64,000 nucleotides of DNA, taken from positions 62,001 to 126,000 of the IMG/VR virus record IMGVR_UViG_3300022921_000002; one strand, 5' to 3'. Both the position numbers and the translations under genes were made by a program. Positions 61,437 through 64,000 of the stretch are shown here, in pieces. Under the pieces are notes generated by a model. It did not search any database and was not told the DNA's origin. It was given only the letters and a program-made list of their open reading frames with translations. Position 1 is the stretch's first letter. Every line of letters starts with the position of its first letter.

Positions 61437-62776
61437 TATGCCACCTCTTTAAGATCAAGCTCAAATTGTTTCTTTGCAGTTGTATTGTTCCAATACCGCA
61501 AATCAGTTTCAGCTTCTTTGATTTCCTTGGCAAGCTTTTGTACCATTTCATCAGTTAGGCTCATAATGTTAATTGCGAGTAACTTATCAGCATCTTCTGG
61601 TAATGCTGAGGTGACATTAAGGATTTGCTCGGCGACATCTTTTTTCTTGCGGTTCTTGAATACAATTTTATCATCAAGTACTGCTTGGATGAATTCCATT
61701 TTAACACGTAACCAACGTGCTAATTCGATTGCTTCTTGTTTACGCAATTCAATACGAGCATTGAGAATACCCAAACGGTAATCACAAAAATCTTTAATGA
61801 GATCAAGTTCATTTTTGTACTCACGGAGTTTACCATTAAAATCAATAACAGTAATATTTTCGGTGAGTGGCTTTGATAATTTGAACTTACGATATATTTT
61901 ATCGTTATCCCAATCTGAACTACCTTTTTGTTTTAATTTAACATCAAAACGAAAACCAGTTTTATCACATAAATCTTCATATGATACAATGTCACCATCT
62001 TCCTCAAGTTTATCGAGAACCTTAACGTAACCTTCACGGTCAAAACCGTATGGTACTTCAGTGATTGTCATTGTTGTTTTGGTTGGTTTACTGAAAACAC
62101 CATTAACAGAATACTTATCTTCGATAGAATCATATGTAACTGTACCATTGAAATCAGGAAAGGACACTGGAAGTCTTCTCGATATGTTACCACTCGACAA
62201 GTATTCATCGCAAGCACGAGAGAGATCGTTTTTTGATCGCGGAAGAATGTTTGTTGCGAAACCAGTTGCAATTCCTTTAGTTCCATTTGCCAATACCAAA
62301 GGAATAACTGGCAGGTAGAATGCTGGCGGCTCATGCTCAGGATCATTATGTTCAGGTGACAATTCCAAATCTTTGATATATGTTTTGAAATTTTCATGGA
62401 CACGAGTATATACATAACGTGCCGCACCAGGTTCTTGAACAAGTCGAGTACCAAATGACCCACGGCCTTCAACTAAACAAATATTGTTATTCCATGTTGC
62501 TGCCATCAATTGACCGGCACCTGCCGCTGATGTTTCACCGTGGTTGTAGCCGTAATCAGAAATGATACCAGCAACAGCAGATACCTTTTTGAAATCTGAT
62601 TTAGAGTTTAGCAATGAGGAGTACAAATAAAACCGTTGTACTGGTTTCAACCCATCAATCATATTTGGGATTGCTCTCGACTCAACCGTATACATTGCAA
62701 ATGATAACCATTCGTTTTTAGCAACGGCGCTAATTGGGTATTGGTGTTGATCTTCAACAAAATCTAAAACGCTCAT
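61436..62776 (-). CDS. gp52: DNA topoisomerase II subunit gp52 (GyrA/ParC-like)
   Basis: RAIPNMIDGLKPVQR, YNHGETS, GAARYVY (catalytic Tyr), GIATGFAT. Confidence 0.96.
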   Translation of the reverse strand: MSVLDFVEDQHQYPISAVAKNEWLSFAMYTVESRAIPNMIDGLKPVQRFYLYSSLLNSKSDFKKVSAVAGIISDYGYNHGETSAAGAGQLMAATWNNNICLVEGRGSFGTRLVQEPGAARYVYTRVHENFKTYIKDLELSPEHNDPEHEPPAFYLPVIPLVLANGTKGIATGFATNILPRSKNDLSRACDEYLSSGNISRRLPVSFPDFNGTVTYDSIEDKYSVNGVFSKPTKTTMTITEVPYGFDREGYVKVLDKLEEDGDIVSYEDLCDKTGFRFDVKLKQKGSSDWDNDKIYRKFKLSKPLTENITVIDFNGKLREYKNELDLIKDFCDYRLGILNARIELRKQEAIELARWLRVKMEFIQAVLDDKIVFKNRKKKDVAEQILNVTSALPEDADKLLAINIMSLTDEMVQKLAKEIKEAETDLRYWNNTTAKKQFELDLKEVA

Positions 62777-62800
62777 AGTAATTCCTTTATGATTCTATCC

Positions 62801-62829
62801 ATTCTACAACATTAAACCTGGTTTGTCAA
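62801..62829 (-). promoter_or_regulatory. Sigma70 promoter TTGACA-17-TAGAAT for gp52, with GANTC at 62791-62795
   Basis: Consensus boxes. Confidence 0.7.
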
Positions 62830-62964
62830 CCGATAATTACAGTACACCATCCAACCTTCATAAGCAAAGTATGCCATGATGGGTCCAATGAATGGTGCAA
62901 AGAATAGGTTGAGCATTATCCATGCAAACAAAATAGCTAACAATATGTCATACCATAAAATCAT
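62812..62964 (-). CDS. Small membrane protein (50 aa)
   Basis: Manual translation MILWYDILLAILFAWIMLNLFFAPFIGP...; ATGA overlap with the topoisomerase stop. Confidence 0.5.
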   Translation of the reverse strand: MILWYDILLAILFAWIMLNLFFAPFIGPIMAYFAYEGWMVYCNYRLTNQV

Positions 62965-64000
62965 GCGAACATATACTCCTTACGCAAGGTTGAGTCTTTA
63001 CCGAACATCATTTGGAATACTGATGCATCATCAACCGTAACCGTATCATAAACCGGTTTATTAATAATGGTATCATATTCATCTTCGGTCAAGCTGCCTA
63101 GGCCTTTGATATAACGGTGCTTCCAATTTGTTTGTTCTTGTTTGAACTTTGAAGCATCTTCATATGTGTAGAACCATTTAATGTCTTTGCCTTTAGTTGA
63201 AATCATAATTGGAGTACGTGTGATTTTAACACGTTTCTCAGATAACAACCGCGGCCAAAATTTGTAAAAGAATGCAATCAGCAACGGACTGATGTGGCCA
63301 ATACCATCGTGGTCAGCATCGGTTAATGTTGCAATTGATTCATATGACATATTATCAATAGAATTTGGATTGTTAATGTCGAGGTTTAGAACCGCAACCA
63401 ATTCTGACAATTCTTTGTTCTTTAGCACATCCGCAGGTTTCATATCCCACGTGTTCATAATAACACCACGCAATGGATATGCACCAACCGTATCAGGATC
63501 ACGTACTTTGAGTAAGAAACCCATTGCCGAGTCACCTTCAACAATTTTCAGTGTTGAGTTTGGTTTGTTAGCAGAGATGTGCTTTGCAACTTTGACTTTT
63601 CTCAAATTCTTTTGAGCAATTGTAGCGGCACGTTTATCAGCAGCCTGTTTCTTTGCAAGCTGTGCTTCGATAATTGGTTCAATAATTGACGGTGTTGCCA
63701 TGATCTTACGAGCAAAGAATAAAGCATCTTTTACGTTTGCTTCTGTGTAGTGTTCTTTGACATTACCCATTGGGTTTGTTAACCGTTCCTTTGTTTGAGA
63801 ATCAAACTTTGGATTGGTGAAGTTTCGAGCAAACATAACCATGGTCAAACCATTTTTAATTGTCATATTACCGACTTCAATACGGTGTTTCCGTTTAATC
63901 ATAACAGCCAATTGAGTAATTACGTTATGCATTATCCAATCAACATAAGTACCACCTTGACGAGTATTCACACCATTAACAAATGAGTTTGAACGGAACC
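62961..64000 (-). CDS. gp39: DNA topoisomerase II large subunit, fused gp39+gp60 (partial; start beyond the window)
   Basis: FDSQTKERL, TOPRIM EGDSA, PLRG, DADHDG, RYIKGLGS in one open frame. Confidence 0.95.
   Translation of the reverse strand, partial: FRSNSFVNGVNTRQGGTYVDWIMHNVITQLAVMIKRKHRIEVGNMTIKNGLTMVMFARNFTNPKFDSQTKERLTNPMGNVKEHYTEANVKDALFFARKIMATPSIIEPIIEAQLAKKQAADKRAATIAQKNLRKVKVAKHISANKPNSTLKIVEGDSAMGFLLKVRDPDTVGAYPLRGVIMNTWDMKPADVLKNKELSELVAVLNLDINNPNSIDNMSYESIATLTDADHDGIGHISPLLIAFFYKFWPRLLSEKRVKITRTPIMISTKGKDIKWFYTYEDASKFKQEQTNWKHRYIKGLGSLTEDEYDTIINKPVYDTVTVDDASVFQMMFGKDSTLRKEYMFA

Noticed and set aside
62961-64000. T4-style split of genes 39 and 60 with a translational bypass
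   Set aside because: The TOPRIM region and the gp60-like C-terminus are in one continuous frame.

Overview
This is an AT-rich segment of a T4-superfamily myophage genome of the marine type. Several independent signals point to an alphaproteobacterial host: a NodE-like ketoacyl synthase, GANTC sites in early promoters and a ROSE-type hairpin on hsp20. Layout: baseplate and tail genes (gp5, gp27-like, split gp53, gp48, gp4, gp2, gp54, gp26/gp51, tape-measure-like; 1-8.4 kb); small accessory genes, hsp20, dut, regA and clamp/clamp-loader genes (8.4-16 kb); a cytosine hypermodification locus built around a gp42-type dCMP hydroxymethylase, with glycosyltransferases, sugar-activation enzymes, two methyltransferases and nucleases, and a FabF/NodE-like gene inside it (16-27 kb); a late virion-protein plus glyco/radical-SAM tailoring cluster (28-41 kb); tRNA-Pro, tRNA-Trp and a long hairpin-rich non-coding stretch (41.5-42.3 kb); a NodF-like ACP; a late envelope operon with csgF, csgG, two curlin-like proteins, FecR, outer-membrane barrels, a CHASE2 adenylate cyclase and a lipase, interrupted by an inverted KdsB/SIS/GT9-like cassette (44-57 kb); galE, tRNA-Arg, early genes and topoisomerase II (57-64 kb). 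The strongest leads for undescribed biology are a candidate -1 frameshift fusing gp26 to gp51, a family of early promoters with a fixed-position GANTC site, a NodE/NodF-like acyl pair, the curli-FecR-cyclase operon, the multi-step hmC modification locus and a ~375-nt structured RNA candidate. All family calls come from motif recognition by eye; no database searches were run.
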